Assembly (NCBI GenBank): GCA_963773065.1
Contig: CAVYZN010000016.1
Span: forward strand, 32,001 to 96,000
Reading direction: 5' to 3'
Length of the DNA: 64,000 nt
Source of the DNA: an uncultured Gammaproteobacteria bacterium
GTDB lineage: Bacteria; Pseudomonadota; Gammaproteobacteria; UBA9214
In this document: positions 11,335-22,076 of the stretch, in pieces
Layout: the number at the start of each line of letters is the position of its first letter
Numbering within the stretch: the stretch's first letter is position 1
The notes under the pieces: model-generated
Told to the model about the DNA's origin: nothing
Databases searched by the model: none
Seen by the model: only the letters and a program-made list of their open reading frames with translations
Program-made: the position numbers and the translations under genes

Positions 11335-12909
11335 TTATATGCCTGAGCGGATCAGCCCGAACCAGGTGAGTGTTCTTTTCAGGAAGCCGGGACGTCTGGT
11401 GACCCGTTTCGGTTTGGTGGCTCTGTCCCTGTTTTTTACCTGCTCCCGGTCGGCACAAGACAGAGCCGCTTTTTGTTCGGGCCAGTCTGCTGCGGCGTCC
11501 GCAAACAAGGGTGTCAACAGGATCGTGGAGTCCTGGTCATCCCCGTTCAATGATGTATCGGTCTCCACGGCATCCATGGAGACGGCTGGATACCCGGAAC
11601 ATGCAACGCGCGGTATGACTGGTGCTGGCGCTGTCCCACCGTGGCTTTCATTCATTGCGATGGGTGCGGGTACGACGGCCATTTTCTCGGGTACCGACCC
11701 GGCGAAGGTGTTTGAAATGCGTTCGGGTATCTCTGCGACCAGGCAGTCGGTCTCATCGGCTTTCTTGTTTGCCGTGCTGAAATGATCATATTGAAAGCCG
11801 GGAGAGAATATCTCGATTTCTTCAACCTCCATGTCCTCGCTCTGGAACAAATTCCTGGTGTTGGTAATGGTCTTGGGTACCCTATTGACGAAGGCAGCTT
11901 CAGCATCACTGCCTGTTTCAGGTTCAGTCAGCATAACCTGTTCTGTTTCAGGAGTTGCATCAGGGAGGGTAGTTTCATCATAAACGATCTGGTTGCCACC
12001 TCGTGTAATTGCCCGGGTCAACCGCTGATCGGCGATGGCGATCAGTTCACTAAGCCGCATATCCCTGCGGATTTCAGGCGTGGCGACACCGATGCTGACT
12101 GTTACGGTCGCCTTGTCATTACCTGATTTGAAGATGCGGGTACTGATATTGCTATTAATACGCTCTGCCAGGTTGTGTATTCCCGACTTGTTCATGCCGA
12201 GCAAAAGCAGTGCAAAGCGCGCCGTACCGATGCGCGCTACGACGTCTTCCTGACGAACTGACATGCTCAGGATTCTCGCCAGGGTTTGAATGATGGACTC
12301 GGAGAATGATTCTCCGTATTGCCGGTAGACTGTGAGGTACCTGTCGATCTCTATACGGAACAGGGTAAGACTTTTGTAGTGCCGGATGGCATAAGACAGT
12401 TGCTGGTAGCCGCGCTCCATGAAAGCGGCTTCGTTAGCAAGCCCGGTGAGTGTATCTATCGTCGACCTGTCTTCCAGGGCGGTAGTTTTTTCCTTGAGTG
12501 CGTTGGTGACCGCGTGAGAATTGGCGTGCGTCTGGGTGCGTGCGAGCAGATAAACCGCGTCGAATGGTTTGCCGATGAAATCAGTGGCGCCGGCCTGTCG
12601 CGCCCGTTCCATGGTGGTCTCAGTATCATTCGCGCCGGTTATGATAATGACCGGAAGTTCACGGATATGTGGCAGGTGAGAGTTCCTGATCCGATTGAGC
12701 AGGCCAAAACCATCCAGTTTTGGCATGGTAAGATCGGAAACAACCAGAGAGACGTGCATATCACCGCTGAGGATTTCCCAAGCATTCTCGCCATCAACGG
12801 CTTCGATGGTTTCAAAATGATCGCGCAGTATCTTGCGGGCTGTCACCCGGATGACCTTAGAATCATCTACAATCAGTAATCTTTGTTTTTCCTTGGACTT
12901 ATCACTCAT
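11335..12909 (-). CDS. response regulator with REC domain, degenerate GGDEF domain and low-complexity tail
   Basis: LLIVDDS..SDLTMPKLDG..DFIGKPF; DTLTGLAN..ARIGTARF in place of GGDEF. Confidence 0.85.
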   Translation of the reverse strand: MSDKSKEKQRLLIVDDSKVIRVTARKILRDHFETIEAVDGENAWEILSGDMHVSLVVSDLTMPKLDGFGLLNRIRNSHLPHIRELPVIIITGANDTETTMERARQAGATDFIGKPFDAVYLLARTQTHANSHAVTNALKEKTTALEDRSTIDTLTGLANEAAFMERGYQQLSYAIRHYKSLTLFRIEIDRYLTVYRQYGESFSESIIQTLARILSMSVRQEDVVARIGTARFALLLLGMNKSGIHNLAERINSNISTRIFKSGNDKATVTVSIGVATPEIRRDMRLSELIAIADQRLTRAITRGGNQIVYDETTLPDATPETEQVMLTEPETGSDAEAAFVNRVPKTITNTRNLFQSEDMEVEEIEIFSPGFQYDHFSTANKKADETDCLVAEIPERISNTFAGSVPEKMAVVPAPIAMNESHGGTAPAPVIPRVACSGYPAVSMDAVETDTSLNGDDQDSTILLTPLFADAAADWPEQKAALSCADREQVKNRDRATKPKRVTRRPGFLKRTLTWFGLIRSGI

Positions 12910-13219
12910 GTCCTGTCCCGGATGGTCCACCTCTTGTGTGCTTGGATATCGACATCCGGTGGGCGACCTTTAGGTTGTCAGTCGATAAGTGCGGGGTCGA
13001 TCCGGATTAACATCCGCTGGATGCATGGAATGGTGATATTCCATCTGCGATTTATAAGGATTTGGATGGGGTGATATGATCCACGACACGGCAGCATCCA
13101 GCAGGGCGGGGATTCAGTCCATGCAGACCGGGGCGACACTGCCGCTACATGAGGGCATGGAAACGCAGGGACAGCAGTGATATGGACATGGGGATATCAT
13201 CAGTCGGGCAGAAAAAAGG

Positions 13220-14620
13220 ATGACGCTGGCCCTCAATAAGATGTTTACATGGTTCAACGGGCTGGTCTGGGAGCAAGACCTGCGTCAACTGAGCGGCCTG
13301 CACAGGGTGGTGGTTTTTATTGCTCGTGTACTGCACATGCTCGTGAGGGAGCTGCTGGGTGGGCAGCTCAACCTGCGTGCCATGAGTCTCGTCTACACCA
13401 CGCTGTTATCACTGGTTCCCCTGCTGGCGGTCAGCTTCTCGGTGCTCAAGGGTTTCGGTGTTCACAACCAGATAGAACCGATGCTGCGCAATATCCTAGC
13501 TCCGCTGGGGCCGGAGGGGGGCGAGGTGGCCGAGAAGCTCATAACCTTCGTCGAAAATGTCAATGTCGGCGTACTGGGTTCGGTCGGTGTGGCACTGCTC
13601 ATCTATACAGTCATCGCGCTGTTGCAGAAGATCGAGGCGGCCTTCAACTTCGTCTGGCAGGTCGAGCATTTGCGTTCGTTTTCACGGCGTCTAAGCAACT
13701 ATCTCAGCGTGGTCCTGATCGGCCCGGTCATGATATTCACCGCCACTGTTCTCAGTTTGGACATTGCGCAGCGGCTCCTTGCGATCAAACCTTTTACCAA
13801 GGTGCTCATGTCTGCGGGCGAATTGGTTCCCTATTTTCTCGTATGCCTGGCATTCACATTTATTTATTTTTTTATGCCCAATACCCGTATCCGGGTACGG
13901 GCGGCGCTGGTTGGCGGCGTCATTGCCGGCATACTCTGGAAAATGACCGGCTGGGGATTTTCGGTCTTTATCGCCTCTTCTTCGAAATATGCCGCGATCT
14001 ATTCGAGCTTCGCGATATTCATTCTGTTGCTCATCTGGTTTTATGTGAGCTGGCTGATTCTTCTCGTGGGGTCGCGGATTGCCTTTTTTGTTCAGTACCC
14101 GAAATACATGACCCTGCATCGGGTGCAGTTTGTGCTGAGTAACCGGTTGCGTGAGCGGCTGGCGATACAGATCATGTACCTGGTTGCCTATGACTTTTAT
14201 CACAACGGGTCGCCGTGGAGCCTCGATGCGCTGGTTGAACGACTCGATCTGCCAGCAGAGCCGGTACACCGCGTTGTCTCGATACTGGTTGAATATGGTT
14301 ACCTGGTGGAAGTTACTGGGGAGGATCCGACGGTTTACCTGCCGGCGCATGCTATCGAAACCATGCGCTTATCCGATATGCTGGCCAATGTACGCCAGGC
14401 CGGTGAAAGCCGATTCCTGAACGACCAGCAGTTAAAACCGATCAGCATCGCCGATCAGGTGATCCTCGAACTCGAAGGTGTATGCAGGGAAACTATGGGT
14501 GGCAGGACGCTCAAGGACCTGGTGGTTGCCGGGGATGGGAGAATGCTCGGACTAGGGATGTGCCTGTGCGCGAACCGGGGTTACCATTGCGGTCACCGGA
14601 TTCTGCCTGGCCTGCAATGA
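13220..14620 (+). CDS. YihY/BrkB-family membrane protein with C-terminal winged HTH
   Basis: RAMSLVYTTLLSLVPLLAV, IEAAFNFVW, PN.R, YAAIYSSFA; 3' end uncertain. Confidence 0.85.
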   Translation: MTLALNKMFTWFNGLVWEQDLRQLSGLHRVVVFIARVLHMLVRELLGGQLNLRAMSLVYTTLLSLVPLLAVSFSVLKGFGVHNQIEPMLRNILAPLGPEGGEVAEKLITFVENVNVGVLGSVGVALLIYTVIALLQKIEAAFNFVWQVEHLRSFSRRLSNYLSVVLIGPVMIFTATVLSLDIAQRLLAIKPFTKVLMSAGELVPYFLVCLAFTFIYFFMPNTRIRVRAALVGGVIAGILWKMTGWGFSVFIASSSKYAAIYSSFAIFILLLIWFYVSWLILLVGSRIAFFVQYPKYMTLHRVQFVLSNRLRERLAIQIMYLVAYDFYHNGSPWSLDALVERLDLPAEPVHRVVSILVEYGYLVEVTGEDPTVYLPAHAIETMRLSDMLANVRQAGESRFLNDQQLKPISIADQVILELEGVCRETMGGRTLKDLVVAGDGRMLGLGMCLCANRGYHCGHRILPGLQ

Positions 14621-15100
14621 AGCCACTTTAATCGTGATCCATTGCGGCAGCTTGGCCCTGAGTTCCCGGTACAAGTTGTCTGTCGATATCGCCGGGCATC
14701 CCGCAAGACCGGGTTCATGGCTGATGCGGTAGTACCAGGCCGGGTAGCCGCCAAGTTTAATCGGGGCGGTGGACGGATAGGGGCCGCTACGGTCAACGGA
14801 TGCACCATTCATCAGCCAGTTGCCACCGCAGAACTTCCTTCCTACCTCGTCTTTTGCCCGCCCCAGTTCGACATGGACGAGTGCCTCGGCGACGGATGCC
14901 GTTTTGGCCTTGTCTCGCGGTATCCAGGCGATAAAATGATCCAGTCGCGGATCCACCTGTATGACTTCACTGACGGTGTCGGGTTCCATGCCGTCATTTT
15001 CGGTGACGCCCACCCGATGTGTGGCGCAACCCTCCAGCAGCGCGACCAGGCCGATCAGGGTGATGCTTGCGATGTACCTGGAGTGCATGCGGGCCGTCAC
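14552..15100 (-). CDS. hypothetical lipoprotein
   Basis: signal peptide ending in LEGC lipobox. Confidence 0.6.
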   Translation of the reverse strand: MTARMHSRYIASITLIGLVALLEGCATHRVGVTENDGMEPDTVSEVIQVDPRLDHFIAWIPRDKAKTASVAEALVHVELGRAKDEVGRKFCGGNWLMNGASVDRSGPYPSTAPIKLGGYPAWYYRISHEPGLAGCPAISTDNLYRELRAKLPQWITIKVASLQARQNPVTAMVTPVRAQAHP

Positions 15101-15287
15101 TTGTCATCTCCGAACCTGATATCATTTGCCGGTATTCACCTGCCACAGTCCTGGTTATCAGGATAGTGACCCTGGAGCGGGAATTCTGTGAACCGGGGCG
15201 GATATTTCCAAACCGGCACGTACGCGGCCTTACGGGAAGATTTTCCTGCTACGATTTACGACTTGTAATTACGTTCAGGTGGAATGT

Positions 15288-15492
15288 AATGCCGGTTGGG
15301 CATGGAAAAATTGATGAGTGCGTCGAGGCCTTGTGTCACAAGGGCTGTAGCATGGTTTATGGGTATATCCGCGCATTGCAGCAGGACGAGGAATTCCCCG
15401 AGGTGGCGGATCTCTCCAAGGCAGAACGCCAGTCAGTACTGGCGCAACTAATAGCCATCATGGATATCTACGACGGCAGTTGTGGCAGTTAA
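15288..15492 (+). CDS. small hypothetical protein (about 67 aa; start approximate)
   Basis: MPVGHGKIDECVEALCHKGC..LIAIMDIYDGSC reads as protein-like and precedes the yjbQ remnant. Confidence 0.5.
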
Positions 15493-15507
15493 AGACGGGT
15501 AAGAGTA

Positions 15508-15737
15508 ATGGTATTTCAGGACAGTTTTATTGTTGCAACCCGCGGACGAGGCACTTATTCGATCACTGCGGCGGTCCAGGAGAGAGTGCCAGATCGGGCG
15601 TGCAAACCGGGCTATGCAATGTATTTATCCACCATACCAGCGCCTCCCTGATTCTCTGCGAAAATGCCGACCCGCAGGTACGTGCTGACCTGGGACGCTA
15701 CATGGAACGGCTGGTCCCGATCGCCTGCAATTGCTAG
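15508..15737 (+). pseudogene. yjbQ: truncated YjbQ (UPF0047) homologue
   Basis: MVFQ..TRGRG then GLCNVFIHHTSASLILCENADPQVRADL; stops at RLVP and the C-terminal half is not visible. Confidence 0.7.
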
Positions 15738-15853
15738 GGCATCCTGCCTCTCGCGACGCTTGCTCATCATTGTAGATCGCCCCTGCTGTCATGCACCACG
15801 GACTGAATGACGAATAAATCAGAGCCTGCTTGTCGAAGTTCTATCCACAGGCA

Positions 15854-16573
15854 TCAGATGCGACACACCGAACGTGCACCAAAAATGATGCTGCCCACGC
15901 GCACCATGGTTGAGCCCTCGGTGACGGCTATTTCGTAGTCCCCGCTCATTCCCATGGACAGTTCGCGGAACATGTCATCGCCAAAACGCGCTGCGCAGGC
16001 ATCGCGCAGTTTGCGAAGTCCAGAAAATGCCAAGTGAGAGCCAGGAATGGAAGACTCACGACGTCCGATCGTCATAAGACCCCGCAGTCTGATGCCGTTA
16101 AGATCTGCCTGCAATAACTCATCCACGAAGGTGTAGACACTCTCCGGCTGCAGACCGAATTTAGCCGGGTCATCTGCGATGTTGATCTGTAACAGGGTAT
16201 TCACCACTACCCCCGAAGCCTCGGCATAGACGGAAAGTTTGTGCGCGAGTTTAAGGCTGTCCAGTGTATGGAGCCATGTAAAATTCCCCGGGATATGTCT
16301 GGCCTTGTTGGTTTGCAGATGACCGATGAAGTGCCATTCGTTTGCCTGATCCCGTATGAGCGGCAGCTTGGTCATGGCATCCTGAACGGTACTTTCCCCA
16401 AAAATATGTTGTCCCGCTTCGATGGCGCGGATGATGTCTGCGGTAGTTATGTATTTTGAAACGGCAATCAGGCGGATTTCATCCGGATTCCGTCCGGCTG
16501 ACATGGCCGCGTTGCGGATGCGTTCCCTGACGGTCTGCAGGTTGGCCTGAATATCGGGTGATGGTCTTGTCAT
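15854..16573 (-). CDS. yggS: PLP homeostasis protein
   Basis: LIAVSK, WHFIGHLQTNK, LRGLMTI, LSMGMSGD, VRVGSIIFG. Confidence 0.95.
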   Translation of the reverse strand: MTRPSPDIQANLQTVRERIRNAAMSAGRNPDEIRLIAVSKYITTADIIRAIEAGQHIFGESTVQDAMTKLPLIRDQANEWHFIGHLQTNKARHIPGNFTWLHTLDSLKLAHKLSVYAEASGVVVNTLLQINIADDPAKFGLQPESVYTFVDELLQADLNGIRLRGLMTIGRRESSIPGSHLAFSGLRKLRDACAARFGDDMFRELSMGMSGDYEIAVTEGSTMVRVGSIIFGARSVCRI

Positions 16574-16600
16574 GCCAACGGTGGCGCGGGGATGAGAGCG

Positions 16601-17559
16601 TCAGGGACAGACAAGATTGCGCGGTGTTCCGTCCAACCATGCCTTGATGTTGCCGGCAATCTCATCGATGAGTCTTTGCCGGGCATTGATACTGGCCCAG
16701 GCGATATGGGGAGTCACCAGCAGGTTTGGCATTGATACTTGCAGCAACGGATTACCGCCATGCGGCGGTTCCTCGCTCAGCACATCAACGGCTGCGCCCG
16801 CAATCCGTCCGGTCCGTACTGCGCGCAAGCAACGCAGCTTCATCGACAATTCCACCGCGCGCCGTGTTGATCAGGATGGCATCCCGGCGCATCAGTCCGA
16901 ATTCCCTGTCGCCGATCAGATTGCGTGTCTCCTCCGTCAACGGGCAGTGCAGACTGATTACATGGGATTTTTCCAGCAGGCTGTCCAACGGTGTTCGTCC
17001 CGGGCGAAGAGGGGATCCGGGTCGTTCGGCGACCAGGACGTTCATGCCGAACGCTACGCCTATCCTGGCGACGGCGTGGCCGAGTTCGCCATAACCGATG
17101 ATGCCGAGCGTCAACCCTTTCAGTTCCCGGATCGGGAAATCCATTAAACAGAAATCATCGGTTTTCTGCCATCGACCCTCTGCAATGGCCGCGCGGTATT
17201 CGGTCAGCCGTCGGGTGAGGGAGAGTATCTGCGCATAAACATGCTCGACGACCGACGGTGTAGCATAGCCGGTGACATTGCAAACGGCGATATCCAGGGT
17301 GCGGCATGAATCGAGGTCGATGTTGTTGGTGCCGGTGGCGGCAATGCAGACGAGTTTCAGCCTGTCAGCCGACCGGAGCGTGATATCCTTCGAGTCTGAC
17401 CTTGTTGCTGACGACGATGTCGGCATAGCGGACACGCTCGATGATCTGGGCCGGAGCGGTCCAGTCGTGGTATTCCCATTCATTCACGCTCGATCGGAGC
17501 GATGTCAGGTCAAGGTCATCACGGTCGACCGTGCGAAGGTCGAGGAACACGCCGCGCAT
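16601..17559 (-). CDS. D-2-hydroxyacid dehydrogenase (glycerate dehydrogenase-like), two frameshifts
   Basis: ATGTNNID, GIIGYGELG, SLHCPLT, INTARG, TPHIAWAS across three ORFs. Confidence 0.9.
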
Positions 17560-17566
17560 GATCGTG

Positions 17567-18139
17567 CTAGTCGATACCCAACATGCCCTGCTTCAGCGAA
17601 TTGCTGACCGGGTGCGCACCCAGCCAGATCGCGAGCAGGGAGCGAAAGAAGTCATCGCCTTCCACGTTGCCGCGCCATTCACCATTTATCCGCACTTCGG
17701 TCCCTGTGCCCGGCAGATAATTGATCTGGATGACCTCACCCTCGTGCATGGTGCGGAACAGGGTATTGAATTTATCGAGTCGCGATTTCAGTGCCGTCAT
17801 TTCAGCCGCAGTCAGATTGGCGGTCAGGCCGTCTGTCCATGCGTCGGTAATCTTCTCCTTGCTGACTTCCTTGTAGAGGAAATGCATCATTACACTGGCC
17901 GGACCTGAACCGGAAAGGATTGCCTGCGCATCGCTCGTTTTCGCCGGCAGGTAAAGTGCGCCGATGTAAATATCGAGGAACAGCTTTTCGCGGACACCGG
18001 CGCCGTTCAGTACCAGTGTGGGTCCGCCGTTTGCCAACGTCAGGGAGTCGGGGATCTCGACGCCGCTTATCTTGACGGCCGCGGCCGGTAAGCTGGTGAG
18101 AATCAGGTTTAATAAAAGAAATACAGCTCGCTTGCGCAT
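17567..18139 (-). CDS. chalcone isomerase-like periplasmic protein
   Basis: signal peptide; LVLNGAGVREKLFLDIYIGALYL; IWLG..PV. Confidence 0.85.
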   Translation of the reverse strand: MRKRAVFLLLNLILTSLPAAAVKISGVEIPDSLTLANGGPTLVLNGAGVREKLFLDIYIGALYLPAKTSDAQAILSGSGPASVMMHFLYKEVSKEKITDAWTDGLTANLTAAEMTALKSRLDKFNTLFRTMHEGEVIQINYLPGTGTEVRINGEWRGNVEGDDFFRSLLAIWLGAHPVSNSLKQGMLGID

Positions 18140-18194
18140 TGTGGTTGCTCCGTTGGTTTTCACGATAATCGGTTCAGGTTCCGGGTACCGGAAT

Positions 18195-18743
18195 TTACTG
18201 CCGCCTGGAAGGGTGGCGGGTGATTTCTTCCACATAGACGGGGAAGGCATTTCCCTTTAGATCGCTACAGTATTTGCTGAGGGTAAGCTTGACAACCGGG
18301 AATGCCAATTGGTCCCAGGGTATCTCGTGTTCTCCAAACAACCTGACCTCAAGGCTCTCCGGGCCGGGTTCAAATTTTTCCTCCTCGAGGCTGGCGCGGA
18401 ACATCAGGTAGACCTGGCTGATATGGGGGATGCTGAAAACACCGTAGAGTTCCAGTTTGCCGACCCGGGCGCGGGCTTCTTCCCAGGTTTCACGGGCGGC
18501 GGCCTGTTCGGTTGTTTCGCCGTTTTCCATGAACCCTGCCGGCAGGGTCCATAGACCGTAGCGAGGCTCGATGGCGCGCCGGCAGAGCAACAGGCGACCT
18601 TTCCATTCCGGAATGCAGCCGGCCACGATCTTCGGGTTCTGGTAATGAATCGTGGCGCAGGCTTCGCACACATGGCGGTGCCGGTCATCGCCTGCGGGTA
18701 TTTTCACGGTTAGCCGTGCGCCGCAGTTGCTGCAAAAGATCAT
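18195..18743 (-). CDS. NUDIX hydrolase with N-terminal zinc ribbon
   Basis: FCSNCG..CEAC..HYQNPK; PAGFMENGET..AARETWEE. Confidence 0.9.
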   Translation of the reverse strand: MIFCSNCGARLTVKIPAGDDRHRHVCEACATIHYQNPKIVAGCIPEWKGRLLLCRRAIEPRYGLWTLPAGFMENGETTEQAAARETWEEARARVGKLELYGVFSIPHISQVYLMFRASLEEEKFEPGPESLEVRLFGEHEIPWDQLAFPVVKLTLSKYCSDLKGNAFPVYVEEITRHPSRRQ

Positions 18744-18954
18744 GCGAATCTCTTGGCGGTGGATTCTTAACAGAGCGGGATGAGTAGTACAGACGGACAA
18801 TAGCATAGATTCAGGAGGTAAGGCAGAATCTTAAGGATGGAATGATACTATTGAAACTTAATGAATATAATCACGCAATAACAATCGATGCAGATATTCA
18901 TTGCATATGATTTATTTTTTGACGTTTCGCTAATAAGTGTCTTTGTATACCGGC

Positions 18955-18980
18955 AAAAAACCGGCTTCGGCCGGTTTTTT
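18955..18980. terminator. intrinsic terminator
   Basis: aaaaaaccggc-ttcg-gccggtttttt just downstream of the minus-strand NUDIX gene. Confidence 0.85.
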
Positions 18981-18992
18981 CTGGGTGGGGCC

Positions 18993-19515
18993 TCAGGGAT
19001 AAACATAAGATGCCGCCAGCAGCAATCCAAGCATGGTCTTGGCGTCATGGATAGTGCCGTCGTGAACCTGTTCGATTGTCTTGCTGAAAGGCACCCAGTG
19101 AATCTCGATTAATTCATGCCGCTCCGGGCTGTGCGGCAACCGGTGTCAACTCTCTGGCAAGGAAGAGGTGAATTACCTCGTCGCAAAAACCGGGCGTCAT
19201 CAGCACCGCACCGAGAGTCTGCCAGTGTCTGGCCCGCAGTCCGGCTTCCTCCGTCAGTTCACGCGCGGCGGCGGCTTGCGGTTCTTCATTTTTATCAAGC
19301 TTGCCGGCCGGCAGTTCCCACAGCCAGCCGCCTGCGGCATGCCGGAACTGGCGCAGCAGGCAAACGTGCTGATTTTCATTCAAGGCGACAACCGCCGCAC
19401 CGCCAGGATGACGGACAATCTCCAGTTCCAGCGGTTCTCCGTTGGGAAGGGTAAGGGATTCGATGCCGAGCCGGACGACCCGGCCCTCGAATACCGGCTT
19501 GGTCTTGTGGGACAA
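18993..19515 (-). CDS. NUDIX hydrolase (ADP-ribose pyrophosphatase-like), frameshift near 19125
   Basis: EIVRHPGGA, WELPAGKLD..ARELTEEAG, TPGFCDE; tail ..IHDAKT.. in a second frame; GGAG RBS before a TTG start. Confidence 0.85.
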
Positions 19516-19601
19516 TGTTTTCTCCAGTGGGCAGCCGTGATGTCCGCGATCCACACGATGATACTGTAAAACGCGGCAATTCTGCGGAGAAAGGTCGGGT
19601 G

Positions 19602-20027
19602 ATGGAACCATTTTATGAAAGACAGCCACTGCGGTTTGATTGCACCCGTTGCGGGCGTTGCTGTGTGACGGGTGAAGGTTATTACGTCTTTCTGAACGGG
19701 AATGAAGCGGAACGAATCCGTGCCTATCTCAAGTTGTCCCACAGATGGTTTCGCCGCCGGTACCTGCAACGGTTGCCGGACGGTGATCTGGTTGCGGCAT
19801 CGCAGAGTGACGGGCGCTGTGTGTTTCTCGAAGTCAGTGGAAGTTGCGGCGTTTACCCGGTACGCCCCTTGCAATGCAGCACGTATCCGTTCTGGCCCGA
19901 GATCGTGTCCTGTCAGACGGACTGGAAGCGGGAATCACGGCGCTGCGAAGGCATCAATCGAGGCGAGGTGGTGCCGGTCACACGCATAAGGAAGCTTGTC
20001 AACGCCTGTCTTGCACGGAAAGTCTGA
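19602..20027 (+). CDS. YkgJ-family cysteine-cluster protein
   Basis: FDCTRCGRCC, CVFL, CGVYPVRPLQCSTYPFW. Confidence 0.9.
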   Translation: MEPFYERQPLRFDCTRCGRCCVTGEGYYVFLNGNEAERIRAYLKLSHRWFRRRYLQRLPDGDLVAASQSDGRCVFLEVSGSCGVYPVRPLQCSTYPFWPEIVSCQTDWKRESRRCEGINRGEVVPVTRIRKLVNACLARKV

Positions 20028-20028
20028 A

Positions 20029-20865
20029 TCATTCACTCCGGGGTTCGAATACGGAAAACCACTGGCTGGCGCCGGATGGTGCGTGCCAGTCGAGATAGAG
20101 GCTGACCAGTCGCATCCCCAGCGCCGGTTCAAAGACGTTGCCGCGCATGAGCGTGTCGAATTGATCTCCAGCCAGCAGTTGGTGCGTCGTTGTCAGGTAG
20201 AGGCGGTCCAATACCCTTGCGTCCAACAGGGTGTGCAGAACATCGGGTCCGGCGATGGCGTAGATGTTGCCGTATCCCATGGTGGCCAGTGTTGCGACCA
20301 ACTCGGCACCGTCCACCGTTCTGTCCGCGCCGGCAAATATGACATCGACTCCATGATCCCTGAACAGAGCTACCCGGTCGGGTTCTGTTTGACGGCCAGT
20401 GAAGATGAAGATCCGGCGGTTCTGGTACGCCTTGAGCGACTCGACAGGGATTGCAAGGCTGCGGCTCAGAATGGCGATATCCGGCTGTGCCGTCAGGCCG
20501 TGACGGCTGCGCCATTCCCGGATGTCACGATAATCCGGGTGGTCGCTCACCGGCAGCTTATCCTGGGCTTCCTCACTTTCGCTCTGTCTGAAAAACCGCC
20601 CGCTGGTGACCAGGATATCGGCCTGTCCCGCAAGTTCCTGGTAAAGCCGCCAGTCGCGGGGGTTGTTTATCGCGGTGGGAACCTGGTGTGTCGCCCGTCC
20701 TGTCCTTGCGATGGCGATTCGACCATCGAGGGAAGAGATGAAGTTGCTGTAGACAAATGGTTTCTCTGAAGTCCCCTTGGTGTGCAATGCCTGTTCAAGA
20801 TAGAGGCCCTCCAGCTGGTATTCCTTGGAAGAGGGCGGGAATAGCCGGGAAATGGTCGCTTGCAT
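20029..20865 (-). CDS. RibD C-terminal/dihydrofolate reductase-like protein
   Basis: PFVYSNFISSLDGRIA; LLDARVLDRLYLT. Confidence 0.8.
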   Translation of the reverse strand: MQATISRLFPPSSKEYQLEGLYLEQALHTKGTSEKPFVYSNFISSLDGRIAIARTGRATHQVPTAINNPRDWRLYQELAGQADILVTSGRFFRQSESEEAQDKLPVSDHPDYRDIREWRSRHGLTAQPDIAILSRSLAIPVESLKAYQNRRIFIFTGRQTEPDRVALFRDHGVDVIFAGADRTVDGAELVATLATMGYGNIYAIAGPDVLHTLLDARVLDRLYLTTTHQLLAGDQFDTLMRGNVFEPALGMRLVSLYLDWHAPSGASQWFSVFEPRSE

Positions 20866-21072
20866 GGGGTGAGATTCTATAAGGCCGGCAGTATAACGAC
20901 AGGATCTTGCCGCTGCGTACCTGCTGGCAGCAAATGCGCGGTCCGGAGCGATGACTTCGGTGATACGGGTGATAGCGACTTAGCCGGCATTGGCTTGACC
21001 AGCGAGAAGCCTGTTAACTGGAGAAACGGGGCCAGCATGGCCCCGTTTTCCAATCGAAATGATGCAGTTAAC

Positions 21073-21474
21073 TCAAACCTTGGCAGTCTGATCCCCGACA
21101 TTTTTCTTATGGTAGTTTTCGATCGCGGCTTTGATGGCATCCTCTGCCAGTACTGAACAGTGAACCTTGACCGGCGGCAGGGCCAATTCCTCGGCAATGT
21201 CAGTGTTCTTGATTTGCCGCGCTTCATCAAGGGTTTTACCTTTGACCCATTCGGTCAGCAGTGAACTGGAAGCAATCGCGGAACCGCATCCATAGGTTTT
21301 GAACCGGGCATCTTCAATGATGCCGTTCTCATTGACCTTGATTTGCAGCTTCATCACATCGCCGCAGGCCGGAGCGCCGACCATGCCAGTACCGACCTGC
21401 TTATCATCCTTGTCAAAGGAACCGACATTACGCGGGTTTTCATAGTGATCAAGTACTTTTTCACTGTAAGCCAT
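21073..21474 (-). CDS. iscU: Fe-S cluster scaffold
   Basis: MAYSEKVLDHYENPRNVG, APACGDVM, GCGSAIAS, LPPVKVHCS. Confidence 0.97.
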   Translation of the reverse strand: MAYSEKVLDHYENPRNVGSFDKDDKQVGTGMVGAPACGDVMKLQIKVNENGIIEDARFKTYGCGSAIASSSLLTEWVKGKTLDEARQIKNTDIAEELALPPVKVHCSVLAEDAIKAAIENYHKKNVGDQTAKV

Positions 21475-21511
21475 TTAAGTTTCTCCAGACAAACCAAGTT
21501 AAAAAAAGTGA

Positions 21512-21955
21512 TCAGGCCGCGCTTTTCTGCAAACCCGTGTGAAACAGCGAGGACTGGGTATTCTCCATCTGGGGTTCCACTGCCTCGGCCAGGGATATGC
21601 CATCCAGATAGTCATATACCTGGCTACTCAATCGCCGCCACATCAACAGGCTGCCCGGAATCTCTCTTTCAGCGCTTGGTATCTCCTGGTGTTTCACCAT
21701 GTCATCGACTGCGTTGAGAACCTGTGCGATTGTGATCTCGCTGGCCGGGCGGGCAAGAAAATAACCACCACCTGGTCCGCGCATTCCCGTTACCAGCCCG
21801 TGCTGACGTAGCTTCGCGAACAACTGTTCGAGGTAGGAAATCGAAATGGACTGTTGGGAAGAAATATCCGCCAGGGTCACAGGCCCTTTTTTCTGATGCA
21901 GGGCCAATTCCATCATTGCTGTAATAGCATGACGACCTTTCGTTGATAACTTCAT
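21512..21955 (-). CDS. IscR-like Rrf2 regulator lacking all Cys residues
   Basis: MKLSTKGRHA, ISYLEQLFAKLR, RGPGGGY; no Cys in the 147 aa. Confidence 0.9.
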   Translation of the reverse strand: MKLSTKGRHAITAMMELALHQKKGPVTLADISSQQSISISYLEQLFAKLRQHGLVTGMRGPGGGYFLARPASEITIAQVLNAVDDMVKHQEIPSAEREIPGSLLMWRRLSSQVYDYLDGISLAEAVEPQMENTQSSLFHTGLQKSAA

Positions 21956-22076
21956 AACAAACCTCGATGAATACGGTACTGTCGGATTTTCTCCGATGCT
22001 CTCTGCCCCGTATTCCACGCAGATAACCCGCATCGTTACAAAGAAGTGATCTTAATGTTCCTTGCAAAAATAATAG

